A stretch of 64,000 nt of DNA, taken from assembly GCA_037379345.1 (NCBI GenBank), contig CM074519.1:35056103-35120102 (forward strand), given 5' to 3'. Under the pieces are notes generated by a model. It did no database searches and was not told the DNA's origin. It was given only the letters and a program-made list of their open reading frames with translations. The first letter of the stretch is position 1; every line of letters begins with the position of its first letter. Source of the DNA: Perna viridis (taxonomy: Eukaryota). The position numbers were made by a program, and so were the translations under genes. Below, in pieces: positions 1-14,819 of this stretch.

Positions 1-3000
1 AGGTGCACTATAATTATATACTTATTTTGAAGGCTGGTTCTATGACAAGAGTGCATTAATACATCTCAACACCTTGGTAATAAACACCCAAGTCTGAAAT
101 CTTTAATGCTAATTGGTACCAGATTATAGAGAACCAAATTGACCTGTGTGACCTTCACTAAATATGGGTTAAAAGATGTACAATAACATGAACTGAGCAT
201 TGTCATTCTGTATTCTGTACCTTGAATAAAAAGAAATAGTCATCTATAATTAGGGCTCAACACAATGTTTTGTTGGCCTTTATTATGGGATAGCTTGGTC
301 TGTAATTTTCCACCACAGTAAATAAGTTATTTATGGAACTTCTTTTTTCTATATCCTTTGTAGGGAAATTCATCCTCCAACAATGTCATTATTCTAGGTT
401 AATTCCTCCAATAAGAAACAGAAATGGCTTTTGTACTTGCTAAATAATGTGCTTCATTTAAAGTAAGTCAGCACAAACTTCATAATATTTGAAGAAAAGG
501 TATACATTTATTCTTGGAAAACACTGACTAAAAAGGCTAACTGCTTAACCTGCTTAACTCTTAAAAAAAGAAATAAGGCTCCAGGAGTCTCTTTAAAGAA
601 TTCTGGTACTGATTTGTCCTGAATAAGTGTATTGTTTTAACATTGCAGTTTATGAATTCCTTGTCGTAACTTCAATTCATAAAATCTGCTTAGGTCAATG
701 TTTCAGGAAATAATTCATTTGCTGGAATACTGAAACTTTAAAATGAAACAATTTTTTTTTCACATGTCATAATAAATGCTCCCTACAAAACAAATGATCC
801 CTATTGAATACATCCTACTACCCTCAAACCATAAATCAACAACAGCACATCTGAGTCCAAGTAGTTTTCTCCTCACATAAAAGCTATCCTCTGGGAAATA
901 AGATGCACAAGCAATAATTGAATTAGCTTAAAATTCTATTTTTTTACCACAAAAGCTTAAATATTTTAAGTCAATTGCTAAGTTTTATTCTTCCTTTCCG
1001 AATTAGATCTCTATTTTCCAGCACTAATATAATTTTCCCAGAACAGCGACTGGCGCTACGAATGTTTGTCTCCCGACATTTGATGCTGCGACTCAGTAAT
1101 CAGAAATGATCTGAAACCATTATGGATTTACAAGTCTCTAGGGTAAAATATTGTCACGGACATCTATCTTCCAAAATCGAAAAAAAGATATTTGACTAAT
1201 TGGGTTTTCAAAGCCCAGAGGAAAAAACGTCAGATAACTGATAGTGAGAAAATAGTTTTAGCCTAAATGGTCTAGCAATTCACAACTAATGAACGTAAAA
1301 CAAATTTAATGGATTTACTAAAACTAATGGTTTAGAAATCCAAAATAGGAATATATTCTATGCTTGAAGGCATAGTATGTTATGCTCAATTCTTCTACCA
1401 CACAGACATACAGGCTGAATTTGACGCATGCACTTGCTTTAATTTGAAGATGACTGACCCTCTTTTTTTGATTAACTATAGATTGAAGTAGTCCATCCTA
1501 ACAATTCCAAAAATAAATTCTTATTTAGACAAAAAGCAAACAATGGTCTCTAATACTCATCTTTATATAATTTTTCTGCTGATTTTCATTTTCGTCTCTT
1601 TATTTCTAGGATTCTAACATAGTTCAAAATAGCTCAAAAAGCTTTTAATATTGCAATTCTGTGTATAAAAGGTAGTCTAGACAGATATTCACCTAATTTA
1701 TTTTCCGGAACACAGACATGATATCATAAAGCAGATAAAATATCAGAAATTAATCTCACATGGTCAAATCAACAATCACCAAACAAAACAAATATGAATC
1801 CAACTTTAATTCTGTCATTCAATTCAAATACATTATTATTTGTAATGGACTATAATCCCTTAATATGGGAGAGAAAGAAAACGCATAAAATTTTACACCG
1901 TTGAGATGATCGGATATTTACTATAATCAGCTTATATACATAACATTAACTTCAGTTGTAATGGATAATATTGCAAGCCCTTAAGACTTGACATTATGAT
2001 TACAATTACCTAAATTTAAGGGCTAAAAGTATAAATATTATTTGAGGCCTCAAAGGTGTAATACAGATATAAATATTTATACTTCAATGTTATTCTGTGT
2101 ATGGAACCTTAATTATCCAGTTTTTAGACCTTTATGTATTATCATAAGATTTGATGCATTTATTTCCACAAACAATTAATATTTCTGATAAAATTACCTT
2201 TTTTACTAAAAACAAGGAAAAGAGACAATGTTCATTGATAAGAAGGAAAATTTCACACTAATACTAAGAAGATAGTGTACTGTGAATGTCTTCATTATGC
2301 GGTGTACTAATTCGTTATTCTTTATTTTTGGGATGGGCTGAAAAGCTTGAAAACAGTACCTGTTAAATTGATTTTTAACACTGTGCAACACTAATCTGTT
2401 TTTAAACCATGAAAATTGATACCAGCAAATATGTTCACTTTACAAAATCCACAAAACTTAATATGATTACAGTATTTTATCCTTTATATACACAAAAAAA
2501 ACCAGCATTTTTTCTTGTTGATAGGATGAAACAGCGAGAGAGGAAACTGACATCCAATTAGTCCCTTCAAATGATACTATATTGCATTGCACAGAAAGAC
2601 ATTTTTTATAGTTTTAGTTGGACTTAACAAAAGATCTTTTTTAAAAGTTGATAAACAATAGAAGATATCAAACTTTTTAGTAAACAAAGAGTTTTCAAAA
2701 CCAAAAAAATTATTCAATGTTAAAAACTTTTTAAAAATGGCAGAATTTCATCCCAAAAAAGAGAATACTGTAGCTTCTTGTTAAACAATAGGGTCCAAAG
2801 CATTCCCCATTCCCATAGAGTTGATTTAATCTCCTAACAGACTTTAAAATTCCCCAACTTGAACCCCATAAAATTTGACTGCACAATAATTTAATCCATT
2901 TATGATATTTTTGTCTGCATTTGAAGCCTATGATTAGTTACATCAGTAAATCGCCCTAAGTATAACAATTCTACAGCAATCCTATTATTGATCTCTATAA

Positions 3001-4578
3001 ACCATGTACCACATGGTACAATTGTACAGCATGTCAGAGTAGGTCACCTCTAAAATCCAGGCCTACTTCTTAACAGTAAATGGTGTCATTCTTCATTTAG
3101 CTTATTAAATTGAGAGTAAAGTATAAGGTTGGTTAAACAAGCATGATCAGACTTGTTATCTACATGTATGAATTTGTGAAATGTACGAAGAAATATTTAT
3201 CATGGTTCTGTTCAATCTTTTAATCTGTAGAACAAATCTTGAAACTTGTCTCATTGGCAAAGTCAAGCTAGACAGCTGGCATACAATACCATGAAATTAT
3301 AAGCGTCAACCCATATCTGACATATACACGTGTAACAAAATTATTTAAATCCAATTGCAATGCTCATGTAAAACAATACAAGGAGATTTATTCTCTTTGC
3401 AAATAAAATAGAGGTTAAATGATATATAATGATATCCAGGTCCAAAGCATAAAAAACACCTGAATGTAGTGCATTGTAAGTGTTGTGACTGGAGGTAAGT
3501 CTAGTCTTGACAATACTGTGTTTCCCTGAACATTCAGCAGAAATGTAGTCATGTATTTGGCTGTGATTAGTTACATTCATGGTTTAAATCATTAAACATA
3601 CATTTAAAGGCAATATCCATTAGTTTATTTGAGCTTATTGTCTTGTTGGAAGTTTTTGTTTTATTGTTTAAAACAGATTTGATGGGACAGTTAGTACTTC
3701 ATACAGGTGTGCTAATAAAAATCTTGCCAATGGTCCTAGAAATATAACAGATCAGTTTAAACAACTGCTGTGATTCTATCTATAACAGTATTCATTGCAG
3801 TGCCTAAAGCCTTTAACAGGGAAAGGATGGAAGGTTCAGAGTAAATGTATGGATCAATTTCTCTGTTTGTTTGCACTAAGGGATATCCTGACAGAATGAA
3901 AGGCAAATTGGTTGACAGACCCAACAAGTTCTTTAATTATATAAAACACATCAAAAAGAAACGTATCCGTTTGCACAACAGCGAAGTAAAATCCCAAAAC
4001 ATAACAATACAGGGCAAAGAACAGACTTCCCTAAACAAACCCTCTAATAGCACTTACAACAAACGATATCCTGCACTTAAAATGTACATTTTTGTTGTTT
4101 ATTTTTTACTTACCTTCTTTCATGCTTTAAAAACTCAAACGACAAAATCCATTATAGAAATATTAGTATTCCTTTGTTGATCATTAATGTAGCTCTTTTG
4201 GAAACCAGCTGCTCAGTGGATTCAGTCAATAAATATTAAAAAGCCAGTCTTGAAATTATATAATGCTACATGTTAAATATCAATATAGCTCTTTTTTTAA
4301 AATCCATGTCATCTATCGACACAAGTACACCATTTGAATAGCACGAAATACACAAAAGAAACACAATTAAATCTAAGGAAATCCGTTGCCTTGGTTTCGA
4401 AATAAAAATACGATAGTAGAAATAGCGTACTAAAGGATGTCGATCAAGTTGGCAGACTTGACAGGAAAATTATTTCAGATACAATGATACGACACTACAA
4501 CAATAGGGCTTAACTCGTTCAGCAGTTTGGTGAAGTAAAGACGCCACACATAACAATAAATACAATAAATTGACTTAC

Positions 4579-4605
4579 CCTGTCGTCCCCACTTTCACTA
4601 TCACA
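4579..4605 (-). CDS. 27-nt coding microexon (CDSESGDDR), phase 0-0
   Basis: Minus strand reads cttctttgttgttattttag|TGTGATAGTGAAAGTGGGGACGACAGG|gtaagtca: strong acceptor, consensus donor, frame-preserving, CpG-retaining flanks. Confidence 0.7.
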
Positions 4606-7156
4606 CTAAAATAACAACAAAGAAGCTCATTAATATTCATGAATTCTCAATGAAAAGTGCAATACTGCATTATGGGAAACTCCGTAATAAAACAGCAGTC
4701 TGTTAACGTTTTGATTACAAACGTTATGTGAGCAATTTTAAAAGGTGTTTTTAATGATAGGTAGCACAAACAAAATCGAAAAAAGGTTGACGTTCCAGTG
4801 GATTGAGTTTACCTTGCGGTGGTATTTAATACTCGGGAGAAGTTAGATCAGAGTTAGAGATTATACACAATATATGGGAATAAAAGGCAATACAATGAGA
4901 TCCTAATGAAAATATCAACAATAATACGATCTAAGACAGTTGACAGGTCAACTTAATCTTTTCTACAGCGTAAAAAATATACCAAGAACGGCAGATAAGA
5001 ATACTACACTCCGACTCGAGTGACGGTAAATGCCTACTGAATGGATTGAATAGCTCTTGGCAAGGAAGCCATCGTACTATATAGTTACTGACTGACCACA
5101 TTGTTTGACAACGAGATAGTGATCAATTGGAGACATCCACAGATACAATACAGTAGATGATGACTTAGTTAAAACAATGCTTGGAGACAGACAATTAATC
5201 TGTAGATTGAAAGACACATGGGTGTGAATTATATGTTCTGGCATTTCCTGAGTGTGTTTATGTTTAAAATCCCAATACTCTTATAGATTACTATAGGCTT
5301 TAAAATGCCCTTTACTTTTAAAGAGCATTTTTTGGTAAGCAGGTAACTCTTTGAAATCATGCTTATCACAGTATTCTTTCTGACTAATATTGGTAGTCCA
5401 AAAACAATGCCTTTTAAAAGTCTTGAAGTACATAATTGTTAACTCTCTACTACAAGTCTTTGACTGTGACATAATAACTAAAGTATATTAGAAGCATAAC
5501 TAGAGTTTTGCTTGAGGTTTTTAAAAAGGTTTTTCCAATTCTTTAGTTCACATAAATTAATAACCTGCAATTTCCATTCTTTACAAAGCTTTGGAAACAA
5601 TCAGGAACACACTCTTGGGCCTATCTTCTTGGAAAATTAAAAATTTTAAAAAGCAACATTTGTTTTAATTTTCAGTAATACCAGAGCTTTTGGTAAAACA
5701 ACCTACGAACACTTATATCATAACAGACACTATGGGCCACAAAGTCCCGTTAAAAAAGGGCATATTAGTAAAATGTTAACATAACACAAAGTCCTTTAAA
5801 AAATACATACTAGTAAAACTGCAAGGAAATCAATATTCCTGCTACAAACTGCCATTGAATCCATACATATGGCCGTGACTTATATAGTTACATATCAATT
5901 TTATACTTTCAATTGTTACAAGCGTGAACAATAAGCTCTGAGTGGGGTAGAAAAAATGTTTGAATTGTTTTTTAAATGATATATCCCTACATTCTTTTCC
6001 CTGATTTAAACCACCATTTGAGTGTCATAAGGATATTCTACATGAAATATAACTATCTGATCTAGTCACCCTACACTAATTGTTTATCTAGATAAGCAGC
6101 TATTATTGTAAGTCGTTGACATGGTTTGAAATTCATGACAAGCTTTCAACATGCAATCAGTATTTATCAAACCTCAAGTTTCATTAGCTATGATAGTAAT
6201 TTTATTCAATCATTTTTTTTCATATTCCAAAATCAAATATTGAAAAATACAACTATTTGCCTCAACCTACCAAACTTTATCAATAGAAAAGCTTCTGTAG
6301 ACTTTATTGGAATAGAGGAAATAATAGATAAATTATGATTTCCAACTTCATAAAATTTACACATTAGTGAAAACACTTTAATTCTGATCCATTGGGACAA
6401 ATTAAAGTCAGATTTCTATTTGAGATGACACACTTTCCCCAGTTGCTAAGCAATCTAATTTGGAGTAACTATGACAGAAACAATGTCCTTCTTTTGTCCG
6501 TCAAACAATGGAATCCTGCATTAACAAATCTCCTAGCAGCCAAGTTGATACACTCAACCCTATTAAAATCTTCATCAAAATCGTAAAAAGCTACTCAACT
6601 ATTTTTCAATTGTCCCCACCAGTATTGAGGTAAGCGCAGCCATATTTGACATAAAAATTGGAATTATTTCCCATAGCAAGGGTAATTTCCTTCAGATAAT
6701 AGACTATATTTGTGCCAAACAACTAATATTGTCACGGAAATCATGGTTTCATTACCTGCAAATGTTGATGTCTAAAAATTGCCGACAATATCCATTTTTT
6801 TTTCTTTTGAGTGCTTATCTTTTTAAGCGTTTTTAATTTATTTTTAAAGATCCATTGTTATAATATTGTAAACACACTTAATGTAGTATTTAACTATAAA
6901 TGTTTAAGATGTGGATTAGAAGGCATTAATACCTAAACAGTTATCAGGGTAGAATTGTGTTAAGTCAACTTGACAAACGGTAAAATGTTCTACTACGATT
7001 AACTAACCCTCTTAATTTTTTTAAGGTACAAGAAATCTGCTTGGTCTGGAATTCATAGAGACTTCCTGCATTTAATTTGAATGGAATTAAAAAAAAAGAA
7101 AAGATTTCATCAAATATCAATCATATCAGTAACCAATAAAAGTACAACCACACACA

Positions 7157-7363
7157 TACTGTAAACTGGGAAATTTTTGTGCTGTATTTTCTTCGTAACT
7201 GATGTGATCAGTCTACTTTAAAACAGTTTTTAATTTGTGATCGTTCTTCAAATTGTATTATAATGTTCCATGAGGAAAATATTCATGACTGTTTAATTTT
7301 GGCATCATAGGTATTACCAAGAACATAACAAAATCAAAACTGCTGCGAAAAGTTGTCTACAGA
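7157..7363. mobile_element. Degenerate TACTGT-type MITE
   Basis: Begins TACTGTAAACTGGGAAATTTT; a decayed right end ...GCGAAAAGTTGTCTACAG; same general architecture as 36316-36526. Confidence 0.35.
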
Positions 7364-7388
7364 ACTGTTTACATACAATTATTTTCTA

Positions 7389-7470
7389 AATAGACCCTTT
7401 TGTTATGGTGGGGTAGATGCGAAGAGCATGCGAAGAGCATGCTCACCAACTTACCACAAAAAGGTCTATT
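7389..7470. mobile_element. Tiny internally deleted TIR element
   Basis: AATAGACCCTTTTGT ... ACAAAAAGGTCTATT inverted ends (14/15), with an internal duplication of ATGCGAAGAGC. Confidence 0.5.
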
Positions 7471-8919
7471 AAGCTATTATTCTATTTTTTCTTATGTAAG
7501 AGTGCAAAACATGTATCCAGAGAATGGATAATTTTTAATAATGAAACCCTTAATATTTTCTACAAAACAAAAAATCATACCCCCAATTTTTGTTAAAATA
7601 AATTAATGAAAATTAAAACATTTACATGTACCAACATGTGCATTAGAAAAAATCTTTAAAACCTCAGAATGACAGGATAATAAATAATGCATGACTAAGG
7701 GCTGACTAAGGACCATGTGAAACAATACCCCTACTTAACACTTATAATAATAATTAGTCCTCACTAAAACACCAACATTTACTAAAGTATATAATCTACT
7801 GTAGTCAAGACTACAAACTGAATGTGTTCCATCAATTAATATTCCTCCACATTTAACAACAGGACTAGAAGCAAATCTTTATTGTTTGTAGTGTCTTTGT
7901 TTGTGAATCTTATGAATCTTGACTTCTGTGAAAAAGCACTTCAAGCTTTCTAATCCCTGGCCTCAGATCCAAACAATCTTAACCTAACTTATTAACATCC
8001 AACTCTTAAACCCAGACACACAACTGTATTCATTAGTTAATTCTAAACCGCTGTTCATCCAGCATGCAAACAAACAACACTCCACTACCAAAGAGGATGA
8101 ATTTCATTATTTCTTCACATGTTGATGACTTCATTGTTGTAATTATTCTCCATCTGTCAAAAGTACTTCAATCCATCTCATTTTAATGGGCAACCCAAAA
8201 GGCTACAAACTGCCTTTTTACTGCCTGATTAGACACTAAAGCCAGGGGAAAATTCTGACCTTAGCCCTGTCAATGGAGTGCCGAAGCCATTCATATTGAA
8301 CTCGGTCAACTGCCAAGTGAAGGTTATGCTTCCAAACATAGTTTGGTTTCACATGAATGCATATCAGTGATGTAAAATAAATTAAGGCACTTGGTGGAAC
8401 ACGTGTCTCTTTGCACAGTTACAAATTGCTCTTTCTTGACAAAGAAAATGATTTTTTGTGATGAAGAAGGAAGACATATAATCAATGCCTGAAACCTTAT
8501 TTAAAGTTTGACTAAGTTATTAAATTGATCATGAATGGAAAATCTGATCTGAGATTGTTTACAAGCCAAGATTTGACAGACAAATTAATTCTAGACAATT
8601 TGTTTACATTGATTAAGAAACTAAAGAACCATAAGAGAAATAAAAACATAGTATTCTTCTTTAATCATAGTTTTAATGTTGACTGAGTGAGATGTTTTTT
8701 TTAATTTTATTTCAAATTTTAGCCCTATGAAATAATTGGCCCATTCATTATTGTTCATAAGAAACTTTGCAGAAAAACAAACAATTTTTTAAACTGAAAC
8801 TGATGTGGTTAAAGCCAAGCGATATAAATTACAACCACTTCCAGTAGTAAAGCTTCTGATAATTAAGTAAACCATACATAATATCCTAATTATCAGACAA
8901 AATAGCAATTAACAAAGTT

Positions 8920-9110
8920 CAAAACAAGGAGGAATTTTGGGAAAACAAAACCAGAAACACGTGAAGCACAAAAAAAAACACAAAAGAAGCAAAAAATACA
9001 CACAGAAAAACTAATAACATGAAGCCCTCTAAAAACTCAGATGAACTCAAGTGCTCTTGAAAGATGAGTAATTCCTTATTCTTCTGAGACACCTACAATA
9101 CTGCTAATTA
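8920..9110. repeat. Decayed copy of an abundant bivalve-type interspersed repeat
   Basis: A-rich CACA tract followed by ATGAACTCAAGTGCTCTTGAAAGATGAGTAATTCC, resembling a GGTGAACTCAGGTGCTCCGGAAGGGTAAGCAGTTCC core that I recall from mussel DNA (recognition only). Confidence 0.4.
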
Positions 9111-9428
9111 ATGGAAAGTCTGATGAAAGAGAAGGAACATCGAGGACAGAAGGTCCTTGGTGACATTTCCTATTGGTAGATTTTTTTCTAGGCTGGATGG
9201 TCGGCTTATATACCACTCAACACCCATATTGTTTACTAAACCAAAATACACAAACCTCATGGAAATGCTTTCTTACAATTAGCAAGGGCCAAAAAAGATT
9301 TTTCTGAAGAACAGTACCTTTTGATGATGGCAGTGATGTATGTGTTCCTTATTTCTGTAATGTTTGTTTATTTTTCTTAATTGATTGTTTACAATCAATT
9401 AAAAGATATAAAAACAAAGTAAACTTAC

Positions 9429-9458
9429 TAAGTATCCTCTTCCTGAACTTGAACTTGC
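9429..9458 (-). CDS. 30-nt coding microexon (ASSSSGRGYL in phase 0)
   Basis: cttgtgtttattttgacag|GCAAGTTCAAGTTCAGGAAGAGGATACTTA|gtaagttt; frame-preserving and in phase with the 12007-12147 exon. Confidence 0.75.
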
Positions 9459-12006
9459 CTGTCAAAATAAACACAAGCCATATAAGTTTTATTTACAATA
9501 TTTTTTCATGTAATGGAATTTCTTCCACACTTCGGTGCCAAATTTTTGTATTAAATACTTCAATACTTCACATTAAAGTATTAAATGAAAGGTTTAATAT
9601 AAAACCCAATTAAAAGCTGATTTTAGAGCATAAATCTAATCTTATTTTGAATATGCTCCAAGTCAGTTCATTGATAGAGTGACTGATGTTTAACATTATA
9701 TAGCAGATATTTCCAGGATGAGAATGTTTGACCAGTCACTGCATGCTTTCTAATATGATATGCCTGACACAGCTTTTAATGTGCTAGCTCACAGAGGAAA
9801 CAGCCTACAGGTACATGTAAGAATATCACTGCACTTAGACACATGATTATGACTCTGAGCCAACCGTCACCCTACATACTGTATCTAACATGGTGGGTGG
9901 AGAAGCAGTGACTAGCATAGAATAACTGAACCCCTTAAAAACAGGAACAATAGTGTGTGAATCAATTTAAAACCCATGGAGTCAGTAAAACATGCATTAA
10001 CTTTCATACAAAAATGTATTTTCATTCAGTAGGGTAAATAATGAAGAATAGACCAACATTTTCTACTAGCTTTGCTGAGGAGATCTGCACCACCTCTAAT
10101 TTAAAATCATGGAAATGCTTTTGTAATTATCATTAAAATGAGCAAAAGATGATGAAATCTTTTTTTAAATGGTAATTGATCTAAATGAAAAGTAAACTAC
10201 ATGACGGGGAGAATCTGTAATATAAAATTGTACAGTCCAGTTAGCAACTTTGATTAAACGCACCTATATAATCAATGCATGCTTTCTTTGAGAATAAATA
10301 GCACAAGATATTCTGGGAACTCGTTTTATAGGCTATTGATGGTGTACCGCTAATGCAATTTATCATCATTTACATCAGAACAGGAGAAAAACAATAAAAA
10401 AGAGACATAATTTAACTAGAAATAAAACAACATAAAAACTATACCTCCATGGCGAAATGCCTTCAACTAAAAGTGGCTAAACATATTTCAAAACTTGTTA
10501 TGTATTTGGGTTCCATATGGGTACATTCAAAACTGTTTGCCTTGTGGATTAAGACGCAGTACATACACATCTAATCCTTTTAACATGGTTCAAGTCAACT
10601 TCAAAATGCATTAGTTCGAGCATCTCAAAGTTTCATTTCATAAATTTACATTTATAAAAGGATGATCAACATGTAAAAGTACTTAGATCAAAGTCTTGCC
10701 GATGTGCATAATGAATTTTTAAATCTGATCTTGTACAAAAATTTCCCAATTAAAGCCCCATAAAATGAGATTACAAGTTTTAAGAGGCTTAAGAAATAAG
10801 CAACTCAAGATTTTTATTAAAATATTTCTTTAAACTTTTAAATATTATTCATTTAAATGTAACACCTTCTTTCAAATAATTTACTTCACTTACTTTCAAG
10901 ATCAAAGGCATTCTAAAAATAAACTTATTCAAATCATACTTAAAGAAAATTTGACTATCCTTGATGAGGCATGAAAAAAAATGCCCACGGATCAATTTAT
11001 TTGTAAACAGACCATGCTTAACCACTTCAATCTATCATGAAATAGATTTACACCCTTCATATATGAAAGATTTTTGGTAACAAAGGACTTTCCACTCATT
11101 TAAAGATCAGCTGAGGTTGTGGCTGATCAGAGCAATACAACAACCTAACCTTCTGACAATGAAATCTAATTTATCAACTAGTTGGATATGTAAACAAGCC
11201 CAAGCTTTCTCAGAAAATACTATATCCAAATGCAGTCATGACTATTATACATTCACCTAGACCTCAGCCCCACAGTAATACAAACTTCACTTGGCAAATA
11301 GTTGAATTTGTGCTAATAGGTGATATACTCATTAGTCATAATTAATTGAATAACCTGGTAGTACTCAGGAGTAAATCCTTTAAATTGTGTATTATTATAT
11401 AGCCATTACTGTAACTGTCCCTTAGTGGGTTTACTTAAGTATCGGTCTATAAATATCAGACAGGTTGTGATTCATACTTTTAAAAAAGCCATCAAATTCA
11501 CTTTTATTTCTACATCAGAGAGAGTTACAGACCACAAAACATGTATTAATTTTTGTCTTTCTGTTGTTGAGACAAAAACTATATAGATTCTTAATGATCT
11601 AAATTGTCACTTTGCAAGAGTTACAGTTCTCTATTTGGTTGATTTAAGAAGTTGAATGTAAAGTTTTTTAACAAAATACAGATCTGTATGAAGAAAGGAC
11701 TATAGTTTAGCCAAAAAATATGGAATATTTAGATAATTAAAAAAACATTGTTTGTTCAAGGGTTTTTTTCAGCACCTTGAATCACCTCTACTTTTGGCAG
11801 TGTCTGAATTTTATATGGACTGGTACTTAAGTGTTGCATTTTTGTGTTGTGTTGGCCTACTGAGCTTAGTTGACAAATAGCTTCATCAATTTCTGGTAAA
11901 AGCCAAGTAAACTGTGTAAAAATAAGAAACAATTTAGTGCAATATAATAATACATAACAATAGCTGTGCTCATAATAAGAATGGCATGTATCACTCTGCT
12001 TTTTAC

Positions 12007-12147
12007 CTCACTGAGTAAATCTCTAGAATCAGTACTCCTACGGGGGCTATTGATTTTGTGTGGTTCTGTAAACTCCCCACTAGAACTGGGTTCCACCGAC
12101 TCTTCACTCTGTCTCAGTCTTGGGGAAGGCAATGGCAATGGTCGATG
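12007..12147 (-). CDS. 141-nt internal coding exon (HRPLPLPSPRLRQSEESVEPSSSGEFTEPHKINSPRRSTDSRDLLSE), phase 0-0
   Basis: tattttttattgcag|CAT...GAG|gtaaaa. GC-richer than the flanks, with protein-like Ser/Pro/Glu composition; it is the real part of ORF 11866..12153. Confidence 0.88.
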
Positions 12148-13598
12148 CTGCAATAAAAAAATAGTAATGTCATAATGAATTCTGTCTCAATATAGGCAAA
12201 TACAGTATCAATAAGCAATGCTGAAATAGAAGTAGGAACTTTAAATTGTCAAATTTAGCTATGCCTCGGTCTTTGAAAAGGCAATAAAAGTGGTCCAGGC
12301 TGCAATATAAAATGAGAAATGTCAAAACCAATAACACTTTAGTCTCTGAGGAAACAATGGTAGTGGTCAATACTGCCCTATTAGCAAAACAGAAACTCTG
12401 ATATCTTATGTGCATGAAGTAACCTTACTCCATACATGTGTACATAATTCATGAAACCAAAAGATAAATAAATGAGTGTGTGAAAATCATCCATAGTAAA
12501 GAGCTTATGTGCCAAAAACAAAACAAAACTCACATAAGTAATAAAATGAACTTCAACTGTCTTCAATGTACCAATACAAAAGTATCAGAGGTCCTTCTCA
12601 CAAAAAAATGTAAGAGTAAAATTAGTCATAAGTAATGATGACATCACAATACTTTGATCAACTATGACACAATAACTTACCGCTACTTTTACACTTAATT
12701 TTTTTGTGTGAAAAGGACCAAAATACAGATGACAGACAAAGAATGACATGCGGCCAATATAAATGGATACATTAAAAGTATGCTGAGATTATAATTTCAG
12801 TCCACCTGTATCAAATCCAACCTAGAACCCAGTGAGAAAAATGAATTTTCAGTTTTCATTTCAGCCTCATATCTTTGGAATTCCTTGAACTTTAACATGA
12901 CTCTATCCATAATTACTAAAAATATGTTCTCAGTGAAATGTATATATACACTTGTCTTCATCCAAAACCATCCTTGTTTATACAAAATAAATTGATAAAT
13001 TCCTGATAAAATTCTAAGTGTAACTAATGGAGAAAAAGATTATTGTTATAAATTCACAGATCGCTGTTTTATTGTTCCAATAAAATATAAAATATCATTC
13101 CTTATGGGACACGTGCTTCCAATATTTATTTCATTTGAAAACAATACACTCCCATGGGACACACAAAACAAACACTATAACTATATCAAACTGCTGGGCT
13201 TATGGATAATAACCCCAACTATAAAACACACTATTAGCAACTTTTTACAGTTCTAAATTACCCTGAATAGCCTAATATAACATTAAAATGGATGTTTTTT
13301 AATTCTCTATGGAAATGAAAAACATGAAAAAACACCAAAATTCAAATTAACACCTGCAGACAAAATTAACAATTTAATGACCTCCAAATGAGAAAATTAA
13401 TTATTCAAAGTGAATGACAGAAAACAAATGAAAATGAATAATGAACAGACTGTAAAAACAGCACACAGGTTGCAGCATCTGTCAACTAACTAATGATTAA
13501 AAATTAATATAAAGTCAAACACCAACATGTGCTTGACTTTGATATTATTAATGATAAGGTTTTATATACTAGCAAATAAAAAATTCAATGTTCTTATG

Positions 13599-13730
13599 CG
13601 AGATCAGAGAGGGATAGTTCGAAATCAGAGAGGGATAGTTCGAGATCAGAGAGGGATAGAGATCAGAGGGAGATCAGAGAGGGATAGAGATCAGAGAGGG
13701 ATAGTTCGAGATCAGAGAGGGATAGTTCGA
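13599..13730. repeat. Purine-rich minisatellite, 21-bp unit CGAGATCAGAGAGGGATAGTT with truncated variants (~7 copies)
   Basis: Directly visible; explains the RDQRGIV repeats in ORF 13527..13739. Confidence 0.95.
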
Positions 13731-13938
13731 AAGGTTTAATGGACTAATGGTCCATCTTAACATCATAAAGAAATTGATAGATAACTTAAAAACTCTACAC
13801 TGAAGTACCAATGACTTAGATTCCTCAATATTGGGTTGAAAATATGATATTTATTTCTTATCAATGAATGAACAACACTCGAATATGCATTACTGCACTC
13901 TGACCCAACAGACAGGGTTTGAAGGACTCATCACTTAC

Positions 13939-13950
13939 CAAGGCCCAAAC
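13939..13950 (-). CDS. Possible 12-nt microexon (VWAL), phase 0-0
   Basis: ggtttcttag|GTTTGGGCCTTG|gtaagtga. Consensus donor, but the pyrimidine tract is short with a competing AG, and the site lies in a small local duplication. Confidence 0.25.
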
Positions 13951-14145
13951 CTAAGAAACCTTTACAAAGGGTTTGATGGACTCCAAGGTAATTCATTTTA
14001 TTAATTTCTAAATAATCTCTTAAAGTCTAAGAGCAGATCATCTGACTTACATGTAATAGTATCAGTTAGTTTAAATGCTCTTATAGAGGGTATGAACCCA
14101 ATCCAGCCCCTACCCTAATTCCCAATAACTGGTATGGTACCTGGA

Positions 14146-14292
14146 TACTGTCTATAGTTAACAACCCCTGAATAAAAAGACCCCTGCTACACTACACAGT
14201 ACAACCTGTCTATAACAATTTCTGAATAAACAGACAAATGTTACACTACACAGTAAAACCTGTCTATAACAATCCCTGAATAAAGGGGACAC
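14146..14292. repeat. 54-bp tandem repeat (~2.7 copies) containing CAGTAAAACCTGTCTATAAC
   Basis: CTGAATAAA recurs at 14168, 14222 and 14276. Confidence 0.85.
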
Positions 14293-14819
14293 CCATTCTG
14301 AATCCTCATATAATTTTAAAATCCATTATTTTTTTAACCTTCCATTTTACACACACAATATTTACAGTCCAAAAGGAGTTTGATTCAGTTTAATAGACAT
14401 GTAGAAAACATCTTTTCTAACTGCCGATAGTACAACACAGTTAAATCCCAATGAAAAGTAAAATGTATTGACCAATTTCCCTATGCAATTATCTGAAGTT
14501 ACCCAAGACAGTTTTATTATAGAGAATTACAGACAAATAAGCATCCAGTGTTCCCATCAAGCTTTTTATCAAACTATATAAGACCTTAATTACACCAATA
14601 TTCCCAACAACTGCCTTTAATGATAGCACAGCCTTGGAGATAATTTCTATCTTTTTTATCATGGTTCCTGAAAATTATTCGTAATGACTGACAAAGAATC
14701 GTAGAAATTACTAGTTACGACAAGGTTTGTGATTATCAGCCCTTCATTGACGTTCTAACGATAGGTTGGCACAACAAAGGTCATATTAACGGAGGAAAAC
14801 CTTACAAACTAGTACTTAC

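Noticed and set aside
10446-10468. 22-nt exon-like unit ttttag|TTGAAGGCATTTCGCCATGGAG|gtatag
   Set aside because: Not a multiple of 3 and only a moderate donor.
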